Shown here piece after piece: positions 36,321 through 45,732 of a stretch of 64,000 nucleotides of DNA. The stretch spans positions 132,969 through 196,968 of the forward strand of contig UQRZ01000002.1 in assembly GCA_900543645.1 (NCBI GenBank). Reading direction: 5' to 3'. The notes under the pieces were generated by a model. It ran no database searches and was not told the origin of the DNA. It was given only the letters and a program-made list of their open reading frames with translations. The first letter of the stretch is position 1, and every line of letters begins with the position of its first letter. Origin of the DNA: an uncultured Collinsella sp. Lineage in GTDB: Bacteria > Actinomycetota > Coriobacteriia > Coriobacteriales > Coriobacteriaceae. The position numbers and the translations under genes are program-made.

Positions 36321-37434
36321 TGTGGCTCAGACGATCCCTCAGCAAAGCCTGCTTTTCGGCACACAGACTTGCAAGCTCACGCTGAATATCAGTGAAATCG
36401 ATATTCCGCACACGGGAAGACCATTCCTGTACATCAGAACAAATAAGATCGTTGGCACCGACAGCATTCAACAGAGTTGTAATCCTGGTACTAAAGTGAG
36501 AAGGAAGCGTTACGGCAACCGGCTTATTAAAGACGAGAGAAAACACGGTTCCATGGAAGGAGTCAGTGAACACACAGTTTGCGCCCTTAAAGAGCCCAAC
36601 CCATTCATGAACATCTGGAGCGATGATGTTTTGGCAACCGGGCTTAGTCTGATAGGGCATCGTAATAATCGACTTGATCTTCAAGCCGTGTTGCTTTGCA
36701 TATGCACGAGCACAATTCGCCGTGTCGCTATCTCCATGGAGCTGATACAAAAGAACATAGCTCTCTTCGTCAGTATCCTTAGCAAAGCGGCTCCACGTAT
36801 CCGGCGAAACAAGAAGCGTCGGATCGAGCATCAAATCGACGTCTGAATAGCCCATTTCCCGAAGCAATTTGATTCCCGACGTCTCTCTTACGGACAAGTA
36901 GGTATATTTCGAGAGCTGATTGTTAATGAAAGCTGAATCTTCCTCATTAAAGGATGATTTACCAAAACTCGAAGCAATCGAAATGCATGTAGAACCGCTA
37001 GGTGCAAATGCAAGGAAATACGAAGGATCGAACTTCTTTGTATAGTAGTTATTCCAAACCTGATCGCTACCCGAACAATAGAAATCAGCCTCCGGGAGAT
37101 CATCCTTCAATTCCTGGCACGAAAAGTATCTTTTGTTCGTAAGAGGCATTTCACTATCGATGAACCTGTCGAATGTAGAAATCCTCTTACGATTTCCCAG
37201 AGACTTGAGGAATGCTTTAGCAACCCGAATTGGAAAGGCCGAATTCATATTCGACACGTCGTTAAACTGATTTCTGAACGTGCCATAACCCAATATATTA
37301 TTGGGGCAATAGTCAATAATAATCGGCTCAAAACCAGCATCCTTAAGATACTGGACAGTCGCATACGCTTGCAGCGCGGCTCCGTAGTTATAAGCACGAT
37401 GATACGTCATGATAGCAACTGACTTTTTGGGCAT
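36313..37434 (-). CDS. Polysaccharide pyruvyl transferase, paralog 2
   Basis: Start at MPKKSVAIMTY. DSFHGTVFSL motif shared with paralog 1. Confidence 0.7.
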   Translation of the reverse strand: MPKKSVAIMTYHRAYNYGAALQAYATVQYLKDAGFEPIIIDYCPNNILGYGTFRNQFNDVSNMNSAFPIRVAKAFLKSLGNRKRISTFDRFIDSEMPLTNKRYFSCQELKDDLPEADFYCSGSDQVWNNYYTKKFDPSYFLAFAPSGSTCISIASSFGKSSFNEEDSAFINNQLSKYTYLSVRETSGIKLLREMGYSDVDLMLDPTLLVSPDTWSRFAKDTDEESYVLLYQLHGDSDTANCARAYAKQHGLKIKSIITMPYQTKPGCQNIIAPDVHEWVGLFKGANCVFTDSFHGTVFSLVFNKPVAVTLPSHFSTRITTLLNAVGANDLICSDVQEWSSRVRNIDFTDIQRELASLCAEKQALLRDRLSHIG

Positions 37435-37539
37435 TAGATTCCCTTCCCTCATTTCGTTTTTAAGCCGAATGATAACGACCTATGATTAGTGGATTGTTAA
37501 ACGCTGCGAATACCATCAATGCAGCCACAGCAATCGTTT

Positions 37540-38073
37540 TTATAGAATCAAGCCCATACCGCCGTCGAGCTCTTCGCGCATTTGCTGCATTCGATCGTAC
37601 GTAATCGATGCACGAAGAAACTCTGACCCATAGACCCCTCCCCCGGATTTGGTAACCTTTTTCGTCCGCTCTTCAAACTCCTCCACAGTCATCAAGACCT
37701 TAGCGGGAGACCCAGCCGCAACGACACCATTGGGCAGACTGCGCGTAACGACAGAATTGGCACCCACCACGCATCCATCACCGATACGAACGTTCGGCAT
37801 CACGATGCTACCGAAACCGATAAACACGTTGTCACCGACTGAAACTTTGCCGACCTTCGAGTATCCAACGAGCTTCTTTGTACTGCCATCGTGGGCAAGA
37901 AGGCAGACATTGGATGCAAAGGTGACGTTATTGCCGATTTCAATCAGCCATGGGAAGTTGGCATCGATGTTGCAACCCTTTTCCATCTGAAAATCGCTAC
38001 CGACAACGAGCCCATGTTTGATAAGTCGCTTTAGATAAAGGGCTTTAAAGGCGTTTCGAATGAAACCTAGCAT
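37540..38073 (-). CDS. Sugar O-acetyltransferase (hexapeptide-repeat, LbH family)
   Basis: 177 aa with left-handed beta-helix hexapeptide repeats (VGDNVFIGFGSIV...IGDGCVVGANSVV). Confidence 0.8.
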   Translation of the reverse strand: MLGFIRNAFKALYLKRLIKHGLVVGSDFQMEKGCNIDANFPWLIEIGNNVTFASNVCLLAHDGSTKKLVGYSKVGKVSVGDNVFIGFGSIVMPNVRIGDGCVVGANSVVTRSLPNGVVAAGSPAKVLMTVEEFEERTKKVTKSGGGVYGSEFLRASITYDRMQQMREELDGGMGLIL

Positions 38074-39134
38074 AGGCGATACAACTCCTTAACCTGCTTC
38101 ATATGAGCGTCGAGAGAATAGGTGGATTCGATAAGCTCGAAAGCGGCTTCGCTCATCTGCTTCCGATCGTCCGGATCGTCCAAAAGAGAAGTAAGGGCAT
38201 CGCCAAGCGCATCGATATCACCTGGCTCAATCAACATACCGTTAACCCCCGATTGAACCACTTCGGGAATAGCCGCGATGTTCGTGCTGATTGTGGGAAT
38301 ACCATGCGCCATCGCCTCAAGGATGCTCATGGGAAGCCCCTCATTGTATGACGGCAGGACGTTCAAGACGGCATCGTTCAAGATGCGCTCGCGCTGCTTC
38401 GAATCGACCCAGCCCAGGCACGCGATGCGATCAGAAAGCCCAAGTTCATCGATCTGGCTGCGAGCTGCATCGATATCACCGTCGCCGCAAAGGGCGACAT
38501 GGTATTTGCTGTCGATTCGAGAGGCTACGGTGCTAAACGCCTTGATCAGATCGAATGTCCCCTTGCGCTCACCAAGCCTGCCCATAAATACAATGGTATC
38601 TGCGTCAGGGCTGTAGAGATTCCTCCCGTACGTGGGAACAGCATTGTAGAGGACCTTGAAGCGAGCATTAGGAAAATGCTGTTCCATGGAGCGCTTGATC
38701 GAGTCAGAGAGCACAAGGTTCACATCGACATCGTTGCATACCTTCTCGACCTTTTCCTGCGCGTCTTGACTCAGGCCCGCAAAAAACGGTTCGAACTCCG
38801 CTGCATGATGGTGAAACACAACGGGGATACCGTTCTTCTTTGCCTCTTCCGCGATCATTGCCTTCCGCCAAAAACTGCCCCGTTCGGCAACATGAAGATG
38901 AACCAGGTCGACTTCGTGCTTCCTCAGCATATGACGAATTTTCGGGATTGTCAGCGCAAAGTGAGCTGCAACACGCACCTTATTACCCGGAACGTGGGTT
39001 GGAACAAAATCGATGTTGAATTCATCCCAGTCAGGGTATGACAGATAGTTTTTGACAACGGAGACCATGCCACCCTTCACATCTAGAGAGGAGCAGCACA
39101 TCAGCACCCGTATTTGAGAGGCAGTGGATTTCAT
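38067..39134 (-). CDS. Glycosyltransferase family 4 (GT-B)
   Basis: 355 aa. C-terminal EGLPMSILEAMAHGIPTI motif typical of GT4. Confidence 0.8.
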   Translation of the reverse strand: MKSTASQIRVLMCCSSLDVKGGMVSVVKNYLSYPDWDEFNIDFVPTHVPGNKVRVAAHFALTIPKIRHMLRKHEVDLVHLHVAERGSFWRKAMIAEEAKKNGIPVVFHHHAAEFEPFFAGLSQDAQEKVEKVCNDVDVNLVLSDSIKRSMEQHFPNARFKVLYNAVPTYGRNLYSPDADTIVFMGRLGERKGTFDLIKAFSTVASRIDSKYHVALCGDGDIDAARSQIDELGLSDRIACLGWVDSKQRERILNDAVLNVLPSYNEGLPMSILEAMAHGIPTISTNIAAIPEVVQSGVNGMLIEPGDIDALGDALTSLLDDPDDRKQMSEAAFELIESTYSLDAHMKQVKELYRLC

Positions 39135-39902
39135 CTAGCAGCCAGCCTTACGGTATTTGAAGATGAGTGGAACGATCTTAAGGTCATCAACCAGGTAGCG
39201 CTTTGCCAAACGCGCGGGATCCTGCGTGATTCGATAAAGCCACTCAAGCCCGCACCGCTGCATCCACTCGGGAGCTCGGGTCACGTTACCCGCCTCGAAA
39301 TCCAAGCTCGCTCCCAATCCGAGCATCAGCTTCGCATGAATACGATCCCGATAATGATGAATGAACTTCTCCTGCTTAGGGCAACCGAGTCCCACGATGA
39401 GAATGTCGGGTGCAGTCTCATTGATTTGGCTAATCGCCTCATCAACTTTTTTGGAATCGCGTTCGAAGCCATAATCGGGAGACATCGTGCCCACAACACG
39501 CAATCCCGGGAACTTAGCTGTTAAGTTGTTCGCCGCCTTCTGAGCAACACCAGGTGCCGCGCCGAAGAAGTACATCGTGAGACCACGCTTGGAGCACTCG
39601 GAGCACAGGGCAGGAAACAAATCGGATCCGGAAATCTTTTCTTTTATCGGGCTACCGTATCCCTTGGATATCCAGATGAGCGGCTTTCCATCCGTCAGGA
39701 TAAGGTCCGCATCACGGTATACGGCACGCAGCTCATCGTCCTTTTCGAGCTGCACGATATGATCGACGTTAGGCGTGACGACGTAATTACCCTGTCGCGA
39801 TCCAGAAGCCAATTCGCAGCAACGCTCGACCGCATCATCAAAGGTGATGTTGTCGACCTCGGTATTCATGAACTTCAAGCGACTCAATTCGACTCTCCCC
39901 AA
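39135..39902 (-). CDS. WecB/TagA/CpsF-family glycosyltransferase
   Basis: 255 aa. Conserved IVGLGCPKQE and LEWLYR motifs. Confidence 0.8.
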   Translation of the reverse strand: MGRVELSRLKFMNTEVDNITFDDAVERCCELASGSRQGNYVVTPNVDHIVQLEKDDELRAVYRDADLILTDGKPLIWISKGYGSPIKEKISGSDLFPALCSECSKRGLTMYFFGAAPGVAQKAANNLTAKFPGLRVVGTMSPDYGFERDSKKVDEAISQINETAPDILIVGLGCPKQEKFIHHYRDRIHAKLMLGLGASLDFEAGNVTRAPEWMQRCGLEWLYRITQDPARLAKRYLVDDLKIVPLIFKYRKAGC

Positions 39903-41254
39903 TGGTTGCCATACCGCACGTTATCGCTCTCGACCAAAATATCGCCCAGCTGTATTTCTATGGCGTTGATGTCGGTACGCGCTAGCAAAGCGTGACGAAC
40001 ACCGGCAGGAATCTCGACAACGCTTCCAGCGACCACGGGGCGCTCGCGGCCCGCGAGCGAAAACAGACCCTCACCTGATACGATGGTCCACACCTCTGAA
40101 CGGTTAACATGGCTTTGCTCACAAATCTGACTACCCGCCCGAACGAAAATCTCCTTCACAATCGTTCGCGAGCCATCGCGATAGGAACCTGAGTCGACAA
40201 CACGGTACGAGCCCCACGTCATGGTCTCTTGCATAGGGCGGTCCTCGGCCGCCTCTTTCACCAGCGATTTAATGTGCGCGGATTCTTCTTTTCCGGACAC
40301 CAGGACTCCGTCTGGCGTTGCGACCACCACGGAATCATGGAGCCCTGCGATCACCACGGGAATGCCTAGCTCATTGATGGCATGAACATCAGAGCAACTG
40401 TCTTCGTCAATGGAAACCCGTCCGCTTACAGATTCGCCCATCTCCTCGGTAAGCGTATTCCAAGTACCAAGGTCCTTCCAAGATCCAGCATACGGAATAA
40501 CGGCGACGGATTCCGCCGTCTCCACCACCTCGTAATCGAACGAGTTCTTTGGAAGCTCAGCATAACGCGACTGGAGGTCCTCATAGCTTGCATACGATCC
40601 ATACTGAGACAGGATGTCGAGAACATAACCAAGGCGGAATCCAAAGACGCCACAGTTCCAAAGAGCCCCGCGACTTATGAGCTCGCTCGCCTTGACCTCA
40701 TTGGGTTTCTCGGTAAAGCGCTCCACCATCCGCGGAGAGCCCTGCGATTCAGAGGGAACGATATAGCCGTACTTCTCGCTCGGGTAAACAGGTTCAACGC
40801 CCAGCAGCACGATGTCTGCTGTATTCGCCTCGATTGCCGATGCGACATCTGCAACCTTTTGGAAGTAGGTATCCTCGACATAGGAATCGATGGGCATCAC
40901 AATAACCGGGTCGGCAAGACCCGCACCCTGCTCTGCCAGTAGGTGCTCGCACGCAAGCATGATTGCAGGAGCGGTATCACGACGCTCAGGCTCCACGACC
41001 TCAGCATAGTGACCCTTAACTTGCATCTCGAGAGCACGAACCTGTGTCGCACAGGTTGCCACAGTTACATCCGCGTCGGGAACCACGCGTTCAATCTGGT
41101 CGAAGGTTCTCTGCACCATCGATACATGGTTGCCATTGGCATCGCGCAACACTTTAAGAAACTGTTTTGATCGCGCATCATTCGAAAGGGGCCAGAGCCG
41201 AGAACCTGAACCACCTGATAGCAAAATGATATGAATAGCCTGGCGCATCAGCAC
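39884..41254 (-). CDS. manC: Mannose-1-phosphate guanylyltransferase / mannose-6-phosphate isomerase (cupin C-terminus)
   Basis: 456 aa. N-terminal LSGGSGSRLWPLS nucleotidyltransferase motif and C-terminal cupin. Confidence 0.85.
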   Translation of the reverse strand: MLMRQAIHIILLSGGSGSRLWPLSNDARSKQFLKVLRDANGNHVSMVQRTFDQIERVVPDADVTVATCATQVRALEMQVKGHYAEVVEPERRDTAPAIMLACEHLLAEQGAGLADPVIVMPIDSYVEDTYFQKVADVASAIEANTADIVLLGVEPVYPSEKYGYIVPSESQGSPRMVERFTEKPNEVKASELISRGALWNCGVFGFRLGYVLDILSQYGSYASYEDLQSRYAELPKNSFDYEVVETAESVAVIPYAGSWKDLGTWNTLTEEMGESVSGRVSIDEDSCSDVHAINELGIPVVIAGLHDSVVVATPDGVLVSGKEESAHIKSLVKEAAEDRPMQETMTWGSYRVVDSGSYRDGSRTIVKEIFVRAGSQICEQSHVNRSEVWTIVSGEGLFSLAGRERPVVAGSVVEIPAGVRHALLARTDINAIEIQLGDILVESDNVRYGNHWGESN

Positions 41255-42009
41255 GCACCATCCCCGGTAAACACCTCAAGCACGGTGAGGCAGATGATTT
41301 TAAGATCCAACAGGACACCCCTCTTTGCTATATATTCCAGGTCGCGGCGAACCATGCCGTCGAACCCAGTATGGTTTCTCTCCGTCACCTGCCACCAGCC
41401 GGTGATTCCCGGCTTCACGGCCAGGCGCTGCAGGTCGTACTCGGTGTACTCGGCCACCTCGTTGGGCAGCGGCGGGCGCGGGCCGACAACGGACATCTGG
41501 CCCAGGAACACGTTGAGGAACTGCGGGAACTCGTCGATGGAGTGCTTGCGGATGAACTTGCCAATCTTCGTTACGCGCGGGTCATCCTTCATCTTGAACA
41601 TGGCGCCGGCGATCTCGTTCTGTCCCTTGAGCTCGGCGAGGCGCTCGTCGGCGTCTTTGTACATGCTGCGGAACTTCCACATGCGGAAGGTGGACAGGCT
41701 GCCGTCGCGGTGGCGCTGCCCCACGCGGATCTGGCTGTAAAACGGGTTGCCCTCGCTTTCCAAGCGGATGGCGGCGGCGAGTACCAGGCTCGGCACGGCG
41801 ATGACGGCCAGCACGCAGCCGCTGAACACGATGTCGAACGCGCGCTTGACGGTACGGTATGCCAGGCGCGAATTGTCCCAGTCCCTGACGGCCTGCATGG
41901 CCTTGTAGCGCATGCTCGCGTCGCCGCCGTTCATGGCCTGGGCAACGAGCGCGGCCCCCACCGGCGCGTTTTGCCCTGTCGCTTCTTTAGTGGTCAAGTT
42001 CAACTCCAC
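41248..42009 (-). CDS. Initiating sugar transferase (polyprenyl-phosphate glycosyl-1-phosphate transferase, short WbaP/CpsE-like form)
   Basis: 253 aa. KRAFDIV..., one TM segment, and conserved MSVVGPRPPLPNE. Confidence 0.85.
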   Translation of the reverse strand: MELNLTTKEATGQNAPVGAALVAQAMNGGDASMRYKAMQAVRDWDNSRLAYRTVKRAFDIVFSGCVLAVIAVPSLVLAAAIRLESEGNPFYSQIRVGQRHRDGSLSTFRMWKFRSMYKDADERLAELKGQNEIAGAMFKMKDDPRVTKIGKFIRKHSIDEFPQFLNVFLGQMSVVGPRPPLPNEVAEYTEYDLQRLAVKPGITGWWQVTERNHTGFDGMVRRDLEYIAKRGVLLDLKIICLTVLEVFTGDGAC

Positions 42010-42078
42010 GTCCCTGTCCCAAGGGGTCCCCCAATCGATGAATTCAAATTGCGAATAAATTGCCAGTACGACGTCCCC

Positions 42079-42669
42079 TTACGTCTTACTGGGCACGTCC
42101 AACGGAAGCAGCTCCCTAAAAGCGGAGTCGCCTTCGCCCACGTCTACCAGGCACCAGCGCTTATGACGGTCGATCTTGTGCACTCGGGCCTCTTGCCCCA
42201 CAAGTGGCCCTTGCTCTATGTGCAGCACGCCGTCCTCTATGCGCGCTACGCTGTTGCGCACCACGCCGTCGTCATCGAGCACGCTGCGGTACCAGTCCTG
42301 CGCATCGTCCGGCATGGGCGCATAGGCCCGCTCCCTGCTGCCAGCAATGCGGCAGCCAAAGCTCAACTGGGCCAAAGCCCTGTCGAGCAGGGCAGCATCG
42401 CGCGTGGCGACGAAGAAGTATTCCTTGTACATGGGTTTGGTTTGGAGCGACCAGGCGCCGTCCCGCTTAAACCAGAACTCCTTTTGCATCACAAAAGCGT
42501 CCTGCATCAGCTCGTGCGGGATAATACGACGGACCTTTTCGCAGGTCTCGCGCTCTTTTCCATTGGGGGTGTGGACCAGATACCAGCGGACGCGGCCGTG
42601 CTGGCTGCTGGCAGTAGCGCCACTAAAGGCACCGGGCAGCTGCTCTTGGCGCCGCATCGTCTGTTCCAT
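42079..42669 (-). CDS. NusG-paralog transcription antiterminator (UpxY/LoaP-like) heading the polysaccharide locus
   Basis: NGN-like VRWYLVHTPNGKE and KOW-like GPLVGQEARVHKID. Start set to ATG MEQTM. Confidence 0.65.
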   Translation of the reverse strand: MEQTMRRQEQLPGAFSGATASSQHGRVRWYLVHTPNGKERETCEKVRRIIPHELMQDAFVMQKEFWFKRDGAWSLQTKPMYKEYFFVATRDAALLDRALAQLSFGCRIAGSRERAYAPMPDDAQDWYRSVLDDDGVVRNSVARIEDGVLHIEQGPLVGQEARVHKIDRHKRWCLVDVGEGDSAFRELLPLDVPSKT

Positions 42670-42756
42670 CTCTCGCCCCCTTTTTTCTTGCTCCGCGACG
42701 CACGCGGATGCAGGGGCGTTAAGAACAGGCTTCTCGCTCGCAGCTAGGCGCAGTCG

Positions 42757-42887
42757 CAAAAGTACAGGTTTTTGTATCTTTCGACGTTGCTCATTATACG
42801 AGCAAACTGCTCGCGTTTTCCCAGATTGCACAAAATGCGCCGCGAATGGGTGCATCTCCATACCCCTCTACAAAAACCTGTACCTTT
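42757..42887. promoter_or_regulatory. Promoter segment bracketed by 19-bp inverted repeats (candidate invertible promoter)
   Basis: Left repeat AAAAGTACAGGTTTTTGTA at 42757-42775. Right repeat TACAAAAACCTGTACCTTT at 42869-42887 (18/19 complementary). The 93-bp interior carries a minus-strand TATAAT at 42793-42798 pointing into the antiterminator gene. Confidence 0.45.
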
Positions 42888-42894
42888 TTGCACA

Positions 42895-42970
42895 ACAAAA
42901 AAGCCGCTCTAACCAGCGGCTTTTCTTCTATAGACAACAAAAAGGCGACCGCCCGCGAGGACGATCGCCT
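42895..42970 (-). terminator. Two tandem intrinsic terminators downstream of thrS
   Basis: Minus-strand hairpins GGCGATCGTCCTCGCGGGCGGTCGCC plus TTTTT and AAGCCGCT-GGTTAG-AGCGGCTT plus TTTTTT. Confidence 0.75.
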
Positions 42971-42994
42971 TTATTAATTCTTGTATAGTTTGTG

Positions 42995-44758
42995 CTAGGC
43001 GCGAGTCTTGATCTCCTCGAGCACCTTGGCCACAAACTCGTCAACGCTCATCTGAACGGTCTCGTTGGAACGGTCGCGGACGGAGATATTGCCGGCCTCG
43101 ACCTCCTTCTCGCCCAGGATGAGCATGTAGGGCACGCGGTCGATGCTGCGGGCCTCGCGGATCTTGTAGCCGATCTTCTCGTCGCGGTCGTCGCAGACCA
43201 CGCGAATGCCGGCCTCCTCCAGCTTAGCGCACACCTCGTGAGCATAGTCGCGGCTCTTCTCAGAGACGGGAAGTGCCTTGACCTGCACGGGAGCCAACCA
43301 AGTGGGGAACTTGCCCGCAAAGTGCTCAATCAGAATACCGATGAAGCGCTCGATGGAGCCAAAGCACACGCGATGCAGCATGATGGGGCGCTTCTTGGTG
43401 CCGTCGGCGTCCACGTACTCCAGGTCAAAGTTGAGCGGCATCTGGAAGTCGAGCTGGACGGTGCCGCACTGCCAGGTACGGCCGAGCGAGTCCTCCAGGT
43501 GGAAGTCGATCTTGGGGCCGTAGAAGGCGCCGTCGCCCTCGTTGACCTCGTAGTCCATGCCCAGCTTCTCCAGAGCGGTGCGCAGGCCCTCCTCGGCGCG
43601 CGCCCAGTCCTCGTCCGAACCCATAGAGTCCTCGGGGCGGGTGGAAAGCTCAACGTGGTACTTAAAGCCAAACTTTTGGTACACGGAGTCGATGAGGTTG
43701 ACCACGCCCACGATCTCGTCGGTCAGCTGGTCGGGACGCACAAACAGGTGGGCGTCGTCCTGGTTAAAGCAGCGCACGCGGAACAGGCCGTGCAGGGCGC
43801 CGCGCAGCTCGTGGCGGTGGACCAGGCCAATCTCGCCGGCACGGATGGGCAGCTCGCGGTAGGAGTGCGGCTTGGAGGCGTACACCAGCACGCCGCCCGG
43901 GCAGTTCATGGGCTTAATGCAGTACTCTTCGTCGTCGATGACAGTGGAGTACATGTTGTCCTTGTAGTGGTCCCAGTGGCCCGAGGTCTTCCACAGCTGC
44001 TTGTTCATGATGAGCGGCGTGGAAATCTCAACGTAGCCGGCCTTGTGGTGGATCTCGCGCCAGTAGTCCAGCAGCGTGTTCTTAAGGATCATGCCGTTGG
44101 GCAGGAAGAACGGGAAGCCGGGGGCCTCGTCGCGCATCATAAAGAGGTCCATCTCGCGGCCGATCTTGCGGTGGTCGCGCTTCTTGGCCTCCTCCAGCAT
44201 GTGCATGTGCTCGTCGAGCTCTTCCTTGGTGGCAAAGGCGACGCCGTTGATGCGGGTGAGCATCTTGTTGTCCTTGTCGCCCTTCCAGTAGGCGCCCGAG
44301 ACGCCGGTGAGCTTAAAGGCCTTGAGGGCCTTGGTGTAGCAAATGTGGGGGCCAACGCACATGTCGATGTAGTCGCCCTGCTGGTAGAAGGTGATGCGGG
44401 CGTCGTCGTCCAGGTCGCCGATGTGCTCGACCTTGTACTTCTCGCCGCGCTCCTCCATAAGGGCGATGGCCTCGGCACGGGGCTTCTCGTACACGGAGAA
44501 CTTAAGGTTCTCCTTGACGATCTTTTTCATCTCGGCCTCGATCGCGGGGAAGTCGTCCTCGCTGATCTTGACGCCCTCGGGCAGGTCGACGTCGTAGTAG
44601 AAGCCGTTGTCGGTCGCGGGGCCGTAGGCAAAGTCGGCCTCGGGGTACAGGCGCTTGATGGCCTGCGCCATGATGTGCGCGGCGGAGTGGCGGATGACGT
44701 GCGTGACCTCGTCCTGCGGGAGCTCGGCCACCGAACCGTCATTGTAGAGTGCCTTCAT
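42995..44758 (-). CDS. thrS: Threonine--tRNA ligase
   Basis: 587 aa. TGS and second additional domain, class II motifs and anticodon-binding C-terminus. Confidence 0.92.
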   Translation of the reverse strand: MKALYNDGSVAELPQDEVTHVIRHSAAHIMAQAIKRLYPEADFAYGPATDNGFYYDVDLPEGVKISEDDFPAIEAEMKKIVKENLKFSVYEKPRAEAIALMEERGEKYKVEHIGDLDDDARITFYQQGDYIDMCVGPHICYTKALKAFKLTGVSGAYWKGDKDNKMLTRINGVAFATKEELDEHMHMLEEAKKRDHRKIGREMDLFMMRDEAPGFPFFLPNGMILKNTLLDYWREIHHKAGYVEISTPLIMNKQLWKTSGHWDHYKDNMYSTVIDDEEYCIKPMNCPGGVLVYASKPHSYRELPIRAGEIGLVHRHELRGALHGLFRVRCFNQDDAHLFVRPDQLTDEIVGVVNLIDSVYQKFGFKYHVELSTRPEDSMGSDEDWARAEEGLRTALEKLGMDYEVNEGDGAFYGPKIDFHLEDSLGRTWQCGTVQLDFQMPLNFDLEYVDADGTKKRPIMLHRVCFGSIERFIGILIEHFAGKFPTWLAPVQVKALPVSEKSRDYAHEVCAKLEEAGIRVVCDDRDEKIGYKIREARSIDRVPYMLILGEKEVEAGNISVRDRSNETVQMSVDEFVAKVLEEIKTRA

Positions 44759-44827
44759 GGGTATGTTTTCTCCTCTCGGATGCCTGATGCAAGTGCGTGC
44801 GATGCGCTCGGCGTTTTAACTTGCATC

Positions 44828-44855
44828 ATTATAGGCAGGTTGCCTTGGTATACAA
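44828..44855 (-). promoter_or_regulatory. Sigma70-like promoter of thrS (TTGTAT-16-TATAAT)
   Basis: Minus-strand hexamers about 75 nt upstream of the thrS ATG. The leader contains a 9-bp-stem hairpin. Confidence 0.5.
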
Positions 44856-44983
44856 GCGCCCGCCGCACCTTAATGGCACGGCGGGCGATTTTCTACGCAT
44901 GCTTCATCGTGTGGGGCGGGGCCGCGGGGCGCGCATGGCTTGTGGCGTGCACGTGGCTTGCGGCCGGCCCGGCGATGGATGCG

Positions 44984-45415
44984 TTACTGGATGCGAGTTC
45001 GGCAGTAGGGGCAGACCTTCCAGTGCGCATCGAGCGGGCGATGGCAGCTGGGGCATACGTTGCGAACCTGGGTATCGCACACCGGGCAGACGACGAAGTC
45101 CTTCTCGATGGGGGCACCGCACTGCGGGCAGGTGCCGTACTGGGCAAGCTGGCGCTCGCGCAGGGCCATGTCCAGCTCCTGCTCCTCGCGGTCGGACGCG
45201 TAGGAGTGCGGGCGCAGGACCAGGTAAGCGATGAGGCCCACAAACGGGATGAGGGCGATGATGCCCCATGCCACGTAGGCGCTGGCGCCGCGGCGGCGAG
45301 CGTCGATGAACACATAGACGACCGACAGCACGTACAGGGCGATGATAAAGCCAACAAAGGCATAGATGACGCCCATAAGCTGCGGCGACATGAGCTCAGA
45401 GATGTACTTGGACAT
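44984..45415 (-). CDS. Membrane protein with PLDc_N-like N-terminal TM domain and C-terminal double zinc ribbon
   Basis: 143 aa. Two TM helices flanking RRRG, and four CxxC pairs at the C-terminus. Confidence 0.55.
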   Translation of the reverse strand: MSKYISELMSPQLMGVIYAFVGFIIALYVLSVVYVFIDARRRGASAYVAWGIIALIPFVGLIAYLVLRPHSYASDREEQELDMALRERQLAQYGTCPQCGAPIEKDFVVCPVCDTQVRNVCPSCHRPLDAHWKVCPYCRTRIQ

Positions 45416-45515
45416 TGGGGTGTACCTTTCGGAATATTTACAGTCTGCTCAAGTTTACCACGGGGTTTGTTTATATGGGACTACGGCCAGGGGCGGGGCT
45501 GGCGCGGACACAAAC

Positions 45516-45732
45516 ATCTCAATCTGTAACAGGTGGAAGCGGAATCCGGGTCTAGGTGTTACAGATCGAGACACAGGGGTCCCTCCGCGACTTCAATCTC
45601 GATCTGTAACATCTTAGGCCCCAAAACCCCTCTTACTGTTACAGATCGAGACATTCAAAATCCACCGGAAGGTTTGTCTTGATCTGTAACATCTAGAACC
45701 CAAATCCTCGTCTAACTGTTACAGGTCGAGAC
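45516..45732. repeat. Three tandem 80-bp units, each a 16-bp inverted repeat (GTCTCGATCTGTAACA / TGTTACAGATCGAGAC) around a 25-nt variable loop
   Basis: Units start at 45516, 45596 and 45676, an exact 80-bp period. Arms are conserved and loops and linkers are variable. Confidence 0.7.

Noticed and set aside
45516-45732. CRISPR array interpretation of the 80-bp-periodic repeats
   Set aside because: Consecutive repeat copies alternate in orientation (inverted, not direct). The conserved parts pair with each other around variable loops. No cas genes or leader are present. The feature is hairpin units, not repeat-spacer units.
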